In this document: piece after piece, positions 15,431 through 25,500 of the stretch
How positions within the stretch are numbered: the stretch's first letter is position 1
Layout: every line of letters begins with the position of its first letter
Virus record (IMG/VR): IMGVR_UViG_3300044911_000835
Coordinates: 13,049-77,048 of that record
Origin: a virus
Direction: 5' to 3' (one strand)
Length of the DNA: 64,000 nucleotides
Position numbers and translations under genes: made by a program
Notes under the pieces: model-generated
What the model saw: the letters and a program-made list of their open reading frames with translations, nothing else
Told to the model about the DNA's origin: nothing
The model's database searches: none

Positions 15431-17746
15431 ATGAGAATAGCAGTAGTTGAGAAATGTCCTAGTAATATACGTTTTAACCAATATTTTCAATTTGAGTTTG
15501 ATCAGTATCAGTTATGTAGTGTAAAATTACCTAAAGTCCTAAAGAAAGATGTAGATATTGAAATTGATATATCTAAATATGACTACATAATTACAGTAGG
15601 TAGCGAAGCAGCAAAGTATTTTGCCAAGATTACTAGTGTTACTGATTTAGCAGGGCACTTAATAGATGGTAAATATATTCCAATTATTAATCCAATGATG
15701 ATTACCTTCAAACCAGAAGGTAAACCAGCATTTGAGAAATCTATCGAGAGGCTACATAAAGTAGTTTCCGGAGAGAATTTAGTTAATAATACAGGTAGTT
15801 GGATAGGTATTACAGACTCTAAGGAGGCACTAGAATACCTAAGAAAGATTGATGAGTGGGCTAGTGAAACTAAAGTAATAGCACTAGATACTGAAACTAC
15901 AGCACTTTATCCGACTGACGGCTACGTCCTAGGGATAAGTATCTGCGCTAAGTTGGGTAATGCTGCTTATATATCTACAGAGTGTGTGAGCGAAGAAGTT
16001 GAAGCATTCTTCCAGTACTTATTTAATAAGTACACTGTAGTATTTCATAATGCTAAATTCGATATTAAGATGTTACGTTATCATTTTAATTTCAAATTCC
16101 CATCATACGAAGATACAATGGTACTGCATTACGTCCTAGATGAGACGCAAGGTAGCCACGGATTGAAGAGTCTAGCATTAAAATATACTGACTTTGGTGC
16201 ATACGATGATGATCTAGACACATATAAGAAAGATTATTGTAGGTCACACGGAGTTCTGGAATCTGATTTTACTTATGATTTGATTCCTTTTGAAATTATG
16301 GTTCCTTATGCGGCTAAGGATACAGGTGTTACTCTAGTTCTATATAATAAGTTTAAACCTATTATTAATGCTAACCCCAAATTGTTAAATCTGTACAATA
16401 ATCTTCTTATCCCAGCTTTAACAGCTTTGATTAAGATTGAGCTTGTAGGTGTTCCTTTCCATAGAGGGCGCTTAGAGTTTGCTAAAGCTACTATTGATAA
16501 GGCAATTAGGGACGCAGAGATACATCTGTATAATTTACCAGAAGTTAAGCAATTTGAGAAAGATCAAGGTAAAGAGTTTAATCCAAATAGTGTTCTTCAA
16601 CTAAGAAAGCTTCTATTTGATGTTTTACAGTTGGAACCGCTAGCTAAGAAAACAGGAACTGGATTACAAAGTACAGACGCTGAAGTTCTAGAAAGTTTAG
16701 ATGGTCAGCACGAAGTAGTAAATAGTATTGTTTCTATTAGAAAACTTGGTAAAATCAAAAATACTTATGTAGATAATCTACTTCGTAATTTAGATTCAGA
16801 TGGTAGAGTCAGAACAGGTTTTAATTTAACTAGTACAACTTCCGGTAGACTATCAAGTTCTGGGAAATTTAATGCTCAGCAGCTTCCACGGGATGAGAAG
16901 CGTGTTAAAGGTGCAATTAAAGGTTCTGGAAAGCACGAAGGTTGGAAGATAGTTTCTCAGGATTTGGCAACTGCTGAAATGTACTATGCTGCTGTCCTGT
17001 CTGGGGATAAGAAACTTCAGAGGGTTTTCCAAGATAAGGAAGATTTTCACAGCTCTATTGCTAAGCAAGTATTCTCACTACCTGGTGCTGTTTCTGATGT
17101 GAAAAAATTCTTCAAGGATAAGCGTCAAGCTGCTAAAGCTATCTCCTTCGGTATTCTTTACGGTTCAGGTGCTCGCAAAGTATCAGATACTGTATCAAAA
17201 GATTCTGATACTTACTTCTCCTTAGATGATGCACAAGAGGCTATTGATTTATACTTCAATACCTTTTTTCAACTAAAGAAGTGGTTGAAGGGAACTGAGG
17301 AGCTAATTAAGCAGCAAGGTTTCTTGTATACCTCAGTTGGGCGTAAGCGCAGACTTAAAAATGTATTTAGCCCAGATAAGGGTATTGCATCACATGAAAT
17401 CAGAAGTGGTATTAATGCCGCAGTACAATCCCTAGCATCTGATATTAACCTATTTGCTGTTATTGATATGATGGCAGCTATTAAGAAGCATAAGTTACGT
17501 GCAGAAATCTTTATGATGGTGCATGACTCAATCGTAGCTATTGTACACCCTGACGACGTAGAAAAATACTGCGAACTATTGGCTGAATGTACTCAGAAGG
17601 ATAGGGGCTTCTCTATTCCAGGTTGCCCAATCGGTATTGATCAAGAAGTTGGTGATGACTACTCATTTGAAGGTTGGGGTGATGAGTGGAGGGAGTGCTA
17701 CGATGATTTTATCCAAAGTAGTATGGCCGGTCTACCAGCTAAGTAA
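15431..17746 (+). CDS. family A DNA polymerase (start revised to 15431)
   Basis: DTET and FHNAKFD exonuclease motifs; TSGRLSSS; QDLATAE; RQAAKAISFGILYG; MVHDS. Confidence 0.95.
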   Translation: MRIAVVEKCPSNIRFNQYFQFEFDQYQLCSVKLPKVLKKDVDIEIDISKYDYIITVGSEAAKYFAKITSVTDLAGHLIDGKYIPIINPMMITFKPEGKPAFEKSIERLHKVVSGENLVNNTGSWIGITDSKEALEYLRKIDEWASETKVIALDTETTALYPTDGYVLGISICAKLGNAAYISTECVSEEVEAFFQYLFNKYTVVFHNAKFDIKMLRYHFNFKFPSYEDTMVLHYVLDETQGSHGLKSLALKYTDFGAYDDDLDTYKKDYCRSHGVLESDFTYDLIPFEIMVPYAAKDTGVTLVLYNKFKPIINANPKLLNLYNNLLIPALTALIKIELVGVPFHRGRLEFAKATIDKAIRDAEIHLYNLPEVKQFEKDQGKEFNPNSVLQLRKLLFDVLQLEPLAKKTGTGLQSTDAEVLESLDGQHEVVNSIVSIRKLGKIKNTYVDNLLRNLDSDGRVRTGFNLTSTTSGRLSSSGKFNAQQLPRDEKRVKGAIKGSGKHEGWKIVSQDLATAEMYYAAVLSGDKKLQRVFQDKEDFHSSIAKQVFSLPGAVSDVKKFFKDKRQAAKAISFGILYGSGARKVSDTVSKDSDTYFSLDDAQEAIDLYFNTFFQLKKWLKGTEELIKQQGFLYTSVGRKRRLKNVFSPDKGIASHEIRSGINAAVQSLASDINLFAVIDMMAAIKKHKLRAEIFMMVHDSIVAIVHPDDVEKYCELLAECTQKDRGFSIPGCPIGIDQEVGDDYSFEGWGDEWRECYDDFIQSSMAGLPAK

Positions 17747-18224
17747 GTATGTTGAGATCAAGGAGTATAATAATATGCTCCTTGGTCGTAACTCCGCAGA
17801 AGATGACTTTAAATTGATAGATGACAAATCAAGAGATTCACCTTCTCTTGGTTTGCGCCGGATCAAGTATGAATCAAGCCCAAGTATCGAAGGGTACAAA
17901 TTATACAAGCTATCCACACCAATATATAAATACTCTAGTTTAATACTCTTAACACACAAATCTAGTAGATTTATAGATTTCTCTGGTAAAGTATTTAACT
18001 ATGTAAAGAGTATGCGTGTACAGCTTAAATACTATAGAATTACTAAGTATACTCAGGTAGATCATGGTTACTTAGTACATTTATATGGTATACATTGCCC
18101 TTTTTATATAAACTATGAACCAGCCTTAGAGGTTAAGTATGCTGGCTTACTACATGTAGGCCGGGGGTATGTTCTTTATTCACTAGAGGAGTCTAAATTA
18201 GCAGATACTAGGAGGTTAATATAA
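17703..18224 (+). CDS. T5-like conserved protein downstream of polymerase (start uncertain)
   Basis: WPVY, LGLRRI, FIDFSGKVF; synteny. Confidence 0.6.
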   Translation: MILSKVVWPVYQLSKYVEIKEYNNMLLGRNSAEDDFKLIDDKSRDSPSLGLRRIKYESSPSIEGYKLYKLSTPIYKYSSLILLTHKSSRFIDFSGKVFNYVKSMRVQLKYYRITKYTQVDHGYLVHLYGIHCPFYINYEPALEVKYAGLLHVGRGYVLYSLEESKLADTRRLI

Positions 18225-18334
18225 TGTATGAGTTATTAACGGCTGTGCTGTCAGTTCTAGTAAGTATGCTACTAGTTCTTTATATAGTAAATATTATAGG
18301 AGTAATTAGTGGCCCGAAAAGCGGTTTTAAGTGA
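18224..18334 (+). CDS. 36-aa hydrophobic peptide (not in ORF track)
   Basis: MYELLTAVLSVLVSMLLVLYIVNIIGVISGPKSGFK; AGGAGG SD; TAATG coupling. Confidence 0.55.
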   Translation: MYELLTAVLSVLVSMLLVLYIVNIIGVISGPKSGFK

Positions 18335-19607
18335 CAGAATCTATTTAGATAATGTAACACCAGAAGAAATGGATATTCTAGAAGCGCAGACTACCTATGA
18401 AATTATAGCTAGAGCAGGTAATAATACTTTCAGAGAGATTATTAATAATTTCCGAAGAATAACCCCCACTATGTGTTCTGTACCTTCTGGTAGAATTGAT
18501 TTAATTAATGTAGACTATGAAGTTATTGATAAAAGAGTTTTAAAGCCAGTAGAGTTTCCAGAGTTTAGAGGTAAGCTTAGAGAATCTCAACAGGAAGTAT
18601 ATGATGCAGTAGATGAGTCTTGTATGATTAATGCCTTTCCAAGTTGGGGAAAAACTTATTCTGCTTTAGCTATAGCAGCAAAACTAGGTCAAAAAACATT
18701 AGTTATTACACATACTACAGGACTTCGCGATCAGTGGATTTCTGAGATTGAGAAAGTATTTGGAATTGATGCAGGTATTATTGGTAGTGGTAAGTATAAT
18801 ACCAAACCAATGATTGTTGTTGGTAATGTTCAATCTATAGTTAAAGTAATTGATCAAGTTCGTGATGATTTTGGCACTTTAATACTTGATGAAATGCATC
18901 ACGTTAGTGCTGCTACATTCTCCAAGATTGTTGATAAGTCGAAAGCTCGTTATAAGATAGGGCTTTCTGGTACTCTAATTCGTAAGGATAAGAAACATAT
19001 TATATTCCAAGATTACTTTGGATTTAATATATTTAAACCAGAGAAAGAAAACTCTTTAACTCCCCAAATTGTAATAGTTGATACTAATATAGTATTAAAG
19101 CCATCACAACATTGGAGTAACAGGGTAACTGACCTAGAGGTTTACAATGAAGAATACAGACATATGGTTGTAGACCTAGCTAATAACGCCGCTAGTAAGG
19201 GCTATAAAGTGCTAGTAGTTGGTTCTAGGGTTGAATTCTTAAAATGGGCTGCTGAACAAAGTAATAAAGCGATTAGTATTACTGGAGAAATGAAATCTAC
19301 GGAAATGAGAGCACAAGCCTTAAAAAGCTTATCAACTCCAGAGGTAGATATACTGTATGGTACTATGTCCATATTTTCAGAAGGAATTTCACAGAATGAC
19401 TTGAGTTGTTTAATTCTAGCTACACCTATTAATAATGAGCCATTACTTACTCAGTTAATAGGGCGCATTATTAGGGAAGCCCCTGGTAAAAAGCAACCAT
19501 TAGTACTAGATATACATTTAAAAGGTAATTCTACTAGAGCACAAGCCCAGACTAGGATGGGACACTATATTAGACAAGGTTACCAGGTGAGAATATTAAA
19601 AAAGTAA
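18309..19607 (+). CDS. SF2 helicase (T5 D10-like)
   Basis: WGKT, DEMHH, GLSGT, QLIGRIIR. Confidence 0.9.
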   Translation: MARKAVLSDRIYLDNVTPEEMDILEAQTTYEIIARAGNNTFREIINNFRRITPTMCSVPSGRIDLINVDYEVIDKRVLKPVEFPEFRGKLRESQQEVYDAVDESCMINAFPSWGKTYSALAIAAKLGQKTLVITHTTGLRDQWISEIEKVFGIDAGIIGSGKYNTKPMIVVGNVQSIVKVIDQVRDDFGTLILDEMHHVSAATFSKIVDKSKARYKIGLSGTLIRKDKKHIIFQDYFGFNIFKPEKENSLTPQIVIVDTNIVLKPSQHWSNRVTDLEVYNEEYRHMVVDLANNAASKGYKVLVVGSRVEFLKWAAEQSNKAISITGEMKSTEMRAQALKSLSTPEVDILYGTMSIFSEGISQNDLSCLILATPINNEPLLTQLIGRIIREAPGKKQPLVLDIHLKGNSTRAQAQTRMGHYIRQGYQVRILKK

Positions 19608-19662
19608 AAGATTTTCTTTTTCAATTACAGTATAATATTATTTCTCAGTGAGAAATCAACCT

Positions 19663-20022
19663 ATGAAACCCATATTTTTTGACTGGGATAAAGTTATAAA
19701 GACTGCTAAGCATGACCACTATAAAATATTGGATATGTTTAAACAGTTTTCAAAAGAAGGTGTACCACCCAAGCTAGCTGGAAACAGCTTTATCTTAAAT
19801 GTACAAGATTTGATGAATCAAGGAGGTTTCGATTCTGAAAAATTTGACTACATTATCTTAGCTGCAATCAGAAACTATTTCGATTACGAGTATCAGAATG
19901 AAGTTGGCTTATGGCTTCCTTATTCACCTATTGATACAGTTAAAATCTCTAAAAATAGGCTATTGCAAATTTGCGACAACTACATACGATTTAAACACGA
20001 GGAAATACAAAATGGCACTTAA
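19663..20022 (+). CDS. T5-like conserved hypothetical protein
   Basis: FFDW, GNSFILN, AAIRNY; synteny before D11. Confidence 0.6.
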   Translation: MKPIFFDWDKVIKTAKHDHYKILDMFKQFSKEGVPPKLAGNSFILNVQDLMNQGGFDSEKFDYIILAAIRNYFDYEYQNEVGLWLPYSPIDTVKISKNRLLQICDNYIRFKHEEIQNGT

Positions 20023-20653
20023 ATTTGCTAATACTAAAGGCGCTGCAATTAAAGGCGCAGAAGCTTATACTTACAAAGATGGCGAGAATACTATCCGTAT
20101 CTTTGGAGATGTTCTACCACGTTACCTTTATTGGATTAAAGGAAAGAATAATAAAGATATTCCACTAGAGTGTTTATCTTTTGATCGTGAAAAAGAAAAA
20201 TTCACTAATAAAGAGAAGGATTGGGTAAAGGAATTTTATCCAGAACTTAAGTGTGGCTGGGCTTACTGCGTTATGGGGTATTCTCTGACCGAGAAAAAAC
20301 CAGTTGTTATTAACCTGAAGAAAAAACTATTTGAACAGATTCTTGGTGCTGCAGAAGACCTAGGTGATCCAACCGATCCAGATACTGGATGGGATATTGT
20401 ATTCAAGCGTGCCAAAACTGGTGCTCAAGCCTTCAATGTAGAGTATACTCTTAGTGTACTACGCTGCAAAGCTCGTTCACTATCAGAAGAAGAACGTACT
20501 ATGATTGCTGCAGCTAAGACTGTAGATGAATCTGTACCACGTTTAACTGCGGAAGATCAAAAGAACTTCCTTGATAGTTTGAAGTCTGAATCTGATTCAG
20601 CTAGTGAAGTTCCAGCTGAGGTTAAGGAAGAAGTCGACGATATTCCTATGTAA
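20012..20653 (+). CDS. single-stranded DNA-binding protein (T5 D11-like; start revised)
   Basis: GDVLPRYLYW, ECLSFDR, LGDPTD; acidic tail; GAGG SD. Confidence 0.85.
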   Translation: MALKFANTKGAAIKGAEAYTYKDGENTIRIFGDVLPRYLYWIKGKNNKDIPLECLSFDREKEKFTNKEKDWVKEFYPELKCGWAYCVMGYSLTEKKPVVINLKKKLFEQILGAAEDLGDPTDPDTGWDIVFKRAKTGAQAFNVEYTLSVLRCKARSLSEEERTMIAAAKTVDESVPRLTAEDQKNFLDSLKSESDSASEVPAEVKEEVDDIPM

Positions 20654-20660
20654 AAGAAAT

Positions 20661-20683
20661 AAAGGCTCCCTCGGGAGCTTTTA
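20661..20683 (+). terminator. intrinsic terminator
   Basis: ggctccc-tc-gggagct + T run. Confidence 0.6.
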
Positions 20684-20698
20684 TTGCCTGGAGAAACT

Positions 20699-20890
20699 AT
20701 GTTGGATAAGCATATAACTTTTACTTATGGGGAGCTAATTGAAGCATTCAATGAGTGGAATAAAATATTAGAGCAAGATAAAGTACCAGAAAGGCCTACA
20801 GGTAATACCTGGGGTGAAATGTTTACTAATTATCTTATTACTTCTGTTAATAAGATAAGGGCCGAGAAGCTTACTAGCTATAGACAATGA
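20699..20890 (+). CDS. hypothetical protein
   Basis: GGAG SD before ATG. Confidence 0.5.
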   Translation: MLDKHITFTYGELIEAFNEWNKILEQDKVPERPTGNTWGEMFTNYLITSVNKIRAEKLTSYRQ

Positions 20891-21837
20891 AAATCCTATT
20901 CACAGCCGATTGGCATATTAAACTTAATCAGAAAAACGTACCTATCGACTGGCAGGAGGCTAGGTATTTAGAATTAGTACAACAACTAAATAAGATTATT
21001 GTAGAACTAAAAATAGATCTTCTAGTAATCGGTGGAGATGTGTTTGATCGGGTTCCTACTATTGAAGAGCTTGAATTATACTTTGCTATGATGCAAGCCC
21101 TAAACCCCAGAATTGATATAATTATATATTCTGGAAATCATGAAGCTGTAAAGAAGCATACCACTTTCTTATCTAGACTAATACGGATAAGCTCAGTAAT
21201 TAATTCTAGGGTTATCATACTAGATGACTACTATAGTATTGGAAATATGGATTTTATTCCATACAATAGGCTGAAGGATAAATGGCCAAATTTTACTGGT
21301 AATATTTGTTTCACTCACGTTAGAGGTGAGATACCTCCTCACGTTAAGTCAGAAATTGACCTAGACTTATTTAATAGGTGGGAACTAGTACTAGCAGGTG
21401 ATCTACACAGTCACAGTAACTGCCAACGTAATATTCTCTATCCTGGTTCTCCACTAACCACAAGTTTTCATAGAAATGAAGTAGAGACTGGTGTAATAAT
21501 TTTAGATTCTGAAACACTACATTGGGACTTCAAAGAACTCAATCTACCTCAGCTATTAAGAAAGACTGTCTCTAGTCCAGAAGAAATGATTCCTACAGAT
21601 TTTCATCATACTATATATGAAATTGAGGGAGATGTTGGTGATCTAGCCAATATTAAGAATTCTGAATTACTAGACAAGAAAATTGTTAAACGCGAACATA
21701 AGTCAAGACTCTCTCTGAATAATCTAAGTATAGAAGAGGAGCTTAGATTATACTTAGACGAAGTGCTAGAAATCTCAAATATTGACGAGATATTGAAGGG
21801 GGCAAATGATTATATTAAAGACGCTAACATGGAGTAA
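20887..21837 (+). CDS. Mre11/SbcD-like nuclease (T5 D12)
   Basis: ADWH, GGDVFD, GNHE, THVRGEIPPHV, GDLH, YPGSP. Confidence 0.92.
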   Translation: MKILFTADWHIKLNQKNVPIDWQEARYLELVQQLNKIIVELKIDLLVIGGDVFDRVPTIEELELYFAMMQALNPRIDIIIYSGNHEAVKKHTTFLSRLIRISSVINSRVIILDDYYSIGNMDFIPYNRLKDKWPNFTGNICFTHVRGEIPPHVKSEIDLDLFNRWELVLAGDLHSHSNCQRNILYPGSPLTTSFHRNEVETGVIILDSETLHWDFKELNLPQLLRKTVSSPEEMIPTDFHHTIYEIEGDVGDLANIKNSELLDKKIVKREHKSRLSLNNLSIEEELRLYLDEVLEISNIDEILKGANDYIKDANME

Positions 21838-23614
21838 CTTATTTTCTTATGGCGCCGGGAACACAATCTCTTTAGATGAAGAACCAATTACGCAGTTAGT
21901 TGGATTAAATGGACATGGTAAATCTAGTATTCCTCTTATACTAGAAGAAGTGCTATTTAATAAGAATTCTAAGGGAATTAAAAAGGGTGATGTAGTAAAT
22001 AGACAACTGAATACTAGCAAGTATTCAGGAGTTTGTACATTCTCAATATTTGATAAAAACTACCAAATGTCCATTGATAGGTCAGGTGCTACTCAAAAAG
22101 TTAAACTTATTGAAGATGGAACAGATATTTCTAGCCATACCGCTACTGCTACTTTTTCGCAACTAGAAGAGTTATTCGGTGTAGATGCTAAGACATTTAG
22201 CCAATTGGTATATCAAAATTCGGGGTCGTCGTTACAATTTCTTACTGCAACCGATAGTAATAGAAAAAAATTTCTTATAGACTTATTATCTCTAGATAGG
22301 TATATAACTATCTTCGAGCGTGTAAAAGTAGCACATAAAGAACTAGCGGACAAACTATTGAAACTAGGGGCTAAGGAATCTACGGTACGCAGCTGGCTTG
22401 AGAGTGCAGGTAAGACAGTATTGAAAGAAATTCCGCTTGCAGAAGTACCTTCCTTAGATAGTACAAAAGCGACCCAATTGGGAACTTTAAAAGCACAGCT
22501 AGTGGAAATAAATGGTATAAATGCTAAGATTAGTGCGAATAATTTGTACAAAGAAAAAATTTCGTCTATTGATTCATCAGCGTTAGTAAGTACAAAAGCG
22601 ACCATTTCTACAAAAGCACTAGAGCAGCAACGAGCAGAAGTTCAGCTAGAACTAAAGCAATATGCTGCTACAGTAAAGAAGTATAGTGGACTACATTCCG
22701 GTGAATGTCCTACTTGTACACAACCAATTGATACTCACAAAATAAAGAGTATTGTAGATGATGCGTTGGCACTATCAGAAATTAAAAAAGCTACCGAAAA
22801 GCGTATATTAGAAGAGATAGCCTTAGCAGAAGCCAATAATAAAGAAGTTTCTGCGCATCAAGCTTTGGTAAAAGAGTTTGAACAGTTATCTATATTAATT
22901 GACAGGTCTTTACCGCAATTAACTTTAGATAAAGAAGAACTCGACGCTAAAATTGAAGAACTTGAGAACTATATAGACTCTATTAATTCTGCTATTACTA
23001 AAGTTACTAAGGCTAATAATACTGCGTCAGCTACTAATGCTAAAATCGCAGCGATTAGAGATCAATTAGATAGTTATACAAAAGAGTTAGATACTCTATC
23101 GAAAGAAACTATAGAACTAGAGAAAGCTTTTTCAATACTAGAAGTTCTTAAGAAAGCCTTTAGTACAACTGGACTAATTGCATACAAGATAGAAAACTCT
23201 GTAAAAGAATTAGAAGCTCTTACAAATGAGTACTTATCTGAACTTAGTGATGGAAGATTCGAGTTACTGTTTGTTCTAGAAAAAGATAAGCTTAATATAG
23301 TGATTGTGGATAATGGAAAAGAAATTGAAATTACAGCACTTTCTGCAGGTGAGTTGGCTAGAGTAACTACCAGTACTTTGCTTGCAATTAGAAAGTTAAT
23401 GTCTAGTTTATCTAAGTCTCGTATCAATATTCTATTTCTTGATGAAGTCATTGATGTACTCGATACATACGGAAAAGAAAAGTTAATTGAAGTTCTTCTG
23501 AAAGAAGATGGACTTAATACATTTCTAATATCCCACTCCTACTCCCATCCTCTGGTTAAAAGGTTAGAAGTTATAAAAGAAGAAGGTATTTCAAGGTTGA
23601 ATTATGGCAGTTGA
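21806..23614 (+). CDS. Rad50/SbcC-like ATPase (T5 D13)
   Basis: GLNGHGKSS; coiled coil with CPTC hook; LSAGE; FLDE. Confidence 0.92.
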   Translation: MIILKTLTWSNLFSYGAGNTISLDEEPITQLVGLNGHGKSSIPLILEEVLFNKNSKGIKKGDVVNRQLNTSKYSGVCTFSIFDKNYQMSIDRSGATQKVKLIEDGTDISSHTATATFSQLEELFGVDAKTFSQLVYQNSGSSLQFLTATDSNRKKFLIDLLSLDRYITIFERVKVAHKELADKLLKLGAKESTVRSWLESAGKTVLKEIPLAEVPSLDSTKATQLGTLKAQLVEINGINAKISANNLYKEKISSIDSSALVSTKATISTKALEQQRAEVQLELKQYAATVKKYSGLHSGECPTCTQPIDTHKIKSIVDDALALSEIKKATEKRILEEIALAEANNKEVSAHQALVKEFEQLSILIDRSLPQLTLDKEELDAKIEELENYIDSINSAITKVTKANNTASATNAKIAAIRDQLDSYTKELDTLSKETIELEKAFSILEVLKKAFSTTGLIAYKIENSVKELEALTNEYLSELSDGRFELLFVLEKDKLNIVIVDNGKEIEITALSAGELARVTTSTLLAIRKLMSSLSKSRINILFLDEVIDVLDTYGKEKLIEVLLKEDGLNTFLISHSYSHPLVKRLEVIKEEGISRLNYGS

Positions 23615-24062
23615 TAGTAGAGCAAAAGGCGCTAGAGCGGAAATGGTTGTTCGTGATGAAATGCGTAAGTTAACAGGACTACAGTGGGAAAGAATTCCCG
23701 CTTCTGGAGCACTTTCGGCAGTTCACCAACTTAAGGGTGATTTATACATACCGGGGGAGTATAATCATTACTGTGTAGAAGTCAAACATTACGCAGAGGA
23801 TTCCTTATCATCTACTTACCTAACTGGTGTGAATCCGCAGCTTTCTCAATTTTGGGAACAAACAGTTAGAGAGTCTAGTCAGGTTAATAAGAAACCACTA
23901 TTAATATATAAGTATGATAGATCAAAACTCTATGCTTGTATGAATGACTTACTAGTAGATCAGAAAGATTATCCTCATCGCTATTTATATAGTTATGAGG
24001 GATTTTATATTACTAGACTAGAACAGTGGGTTAACTTCTGCGAACCGGAGTGGACCAAATGA
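23604..24062 (+). CDS. Holliday junction resolvase-like protein (T5 D14)
   Basis: DSRAKGARAE, KGDL, VEVKHY (PD-(D/E)xK). Confidence 0.85.
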   Translation: MAVDSRAKGARAEMVVRDEMRKLTGLQWERIPASGALSAVHQLKGDLYIPGEYNHYCVEVKHYAEDSLSSTYLTGVNPQLSQFWEQTVRESSQVNKKPLLIYKYDRSKLYACMNDLLVDQKDYPHRYLYSYEGFYITRLEQWVNFCEPEWTK

Positions 24063-24232
24063 GTGAGGATATTAGAGAGTTATTTGAAAACTGCGAAATA
24101 ACTAAAACCTTGGCTGGCACAGCAGAATGGCACGAAGATAAACAAAGATATACAATATTTTCTTCTAAGCAGTTTGCTTGGGAGATTTTTAAAGAGGCTT
24201 ACTACTTAGGAAGTATACATGGAAGAAATTGA
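24059..24232 (+). CDS. hypothetical protein
   Basis: ATGA coupling. Confidence 0.45.
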   Translation: MSEDIRELFENCEITKTLAGTAEWHEDKQRYTIFSSKQFAWEIFKEAYYLGSIHGRN

Positions 24233-25085
24233 CGAGTTAGAACAACTTAGTGTAAAACCTACTAAATCTTTTGCATCTATGGTTAAGAAAGATGAAGATA
24301 TAGTTATGGTAGTAGATGCTCTGAACTTAGCTTTCCGTTATCTTCATAGTGGACAATTAAACTTTGCTAATGATTATTTAAAGACAGTACAAAGTTTATC
24401 TCAGAGTTATAGTGCTGGTAGGGTAATTATAGCGTGTGATCAAGGTTCCTCTTCATTTAGAAAGAATATATACCCAGAGTATAAAGCTAATCGTAAAGAG
24501 AAGTATGAACTACAAACTCCTGAAGAGAAAGAGAAGTTTGATAGGTTCTTCAAAGATTTTGAAGATACACTTTTACTTCTAGCAGAGCATTATGAGGTAC
24601 TACGCTATGAAAATGTTGAAGCGGATGATATTGCAGCTTATATTGTGGCTACTCTTAATTATGAGCATATCTGGCTTATATCTTCTGACAAGGACTGGGA
24701 CTTACTCATATCCCCTTCCGTTTCAAGGTTTAGTTATGTAACTAGAAAAGAAATAACAGAAGATAATTGGCCCTATGATTGCTCAAAAGAAAACTACTTA
24801 GGACTAAAATGTTTACAAGGTGACTCTGGAGATAATATACTAGGAGTAGATGGCATAGGGCCAAAAAGAGCTATTACACTATTAGAACAATATGATGATA
24901 TTTTTAGTATTATTGACCTTCTACCTTTACCTGGTAAACAAAAATTTATACAGAACCTCAATGCGTCTGGCTCGTTGCTAGAACTTAATTTAAAATTAAT
25001 GGATTTACCTACATACTGCGAAGAAGCAATAGGTGAAGATAACATTCAAGACATTAAACGGAGATTAAAAATTGTTACTAATTGA
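24219..25085 (+). CDS. flap endonuclease / 5'-3' exonuclease (T5 D15)
   Basis: VDALNLAFR, YKANR, EADD, SSDKDW, GDSGDNI.GV.GIG. Confidence 0.93.
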   Translation: MEEIDELEQLSVKPTKSFASMVKKDEDIVMVVDALNLAFRYLHSGQLNFANDYLKTVQSLSQSYSAGRVIIACDQGSSSFRKNIYPEYKANRKEKYELQTPEEKEKFDRFFKDFEDTLLLLAEHYEVLRYENVEADDIAAYIVATLNYEHIWLISSDKDWDLLISPSVSRFSYVTRKEITEDNWPYDCSKENYLGLKCLQGDSGDNILGVDGIGPKRAITLLEQYDDIFSIIDLLPLPGKQKFIQNLNASGSLLELNLKLMDLPTYCEEAIGEDNIQDIKRRLKIVTN

Positions 25086-25500
25086 ATACAATACAGATGA
25101 TGTTGATCTAACACCTTGTAGAGCTCATGAATCAGATGCTGGTGCAGACTTACGTGCTGCCGAAGATTATATTATTAGACCACATACTGCTGAGTTAGTT
25201 GATACAGGAATTCGTGTAGCTATACCCCCGGGGTATTTTGGAATGGTAGTGAGTAGGTCTGGCCATGGAAAGCATCGTATTTCCTTAGCCAATCGTGTTG
25301 GAATTATCGATTCTGATTACCGAGGTAATATTATGGTCAGATTAGAAAATCTTGGTGACGCTGACTTCGTTATTAAACGTCTTGATCGTGTAGCTCAGTT
25401 AGTACTTATTCCTTGCTTACTTCCAGACTTTGTACTATCGGATGACTTAGATGAGACTGCCCGTGGAACGGGCGGATTTGGAAGTACTGGAGTTAATTAA
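25072..25500 (+). CDS. dut: dUTPase
   Basis: AGADL, RSG, GIIDSDYRG, AQL, RGTGGFGSTG. Confidence 0.95.
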   Translation: MLLIEYNTDDVDLTPCRAHESDAGADLRAAEDYIIRPHTAELVDTGIRVAIPPGYFGMVVSRSGHGKHRISLANRVGIIDSDYRGNIMVRLENLGDADFVIKRLDRVAQLVLIPCLLPDFVLSDDLDETARGTGGFGSTGVN

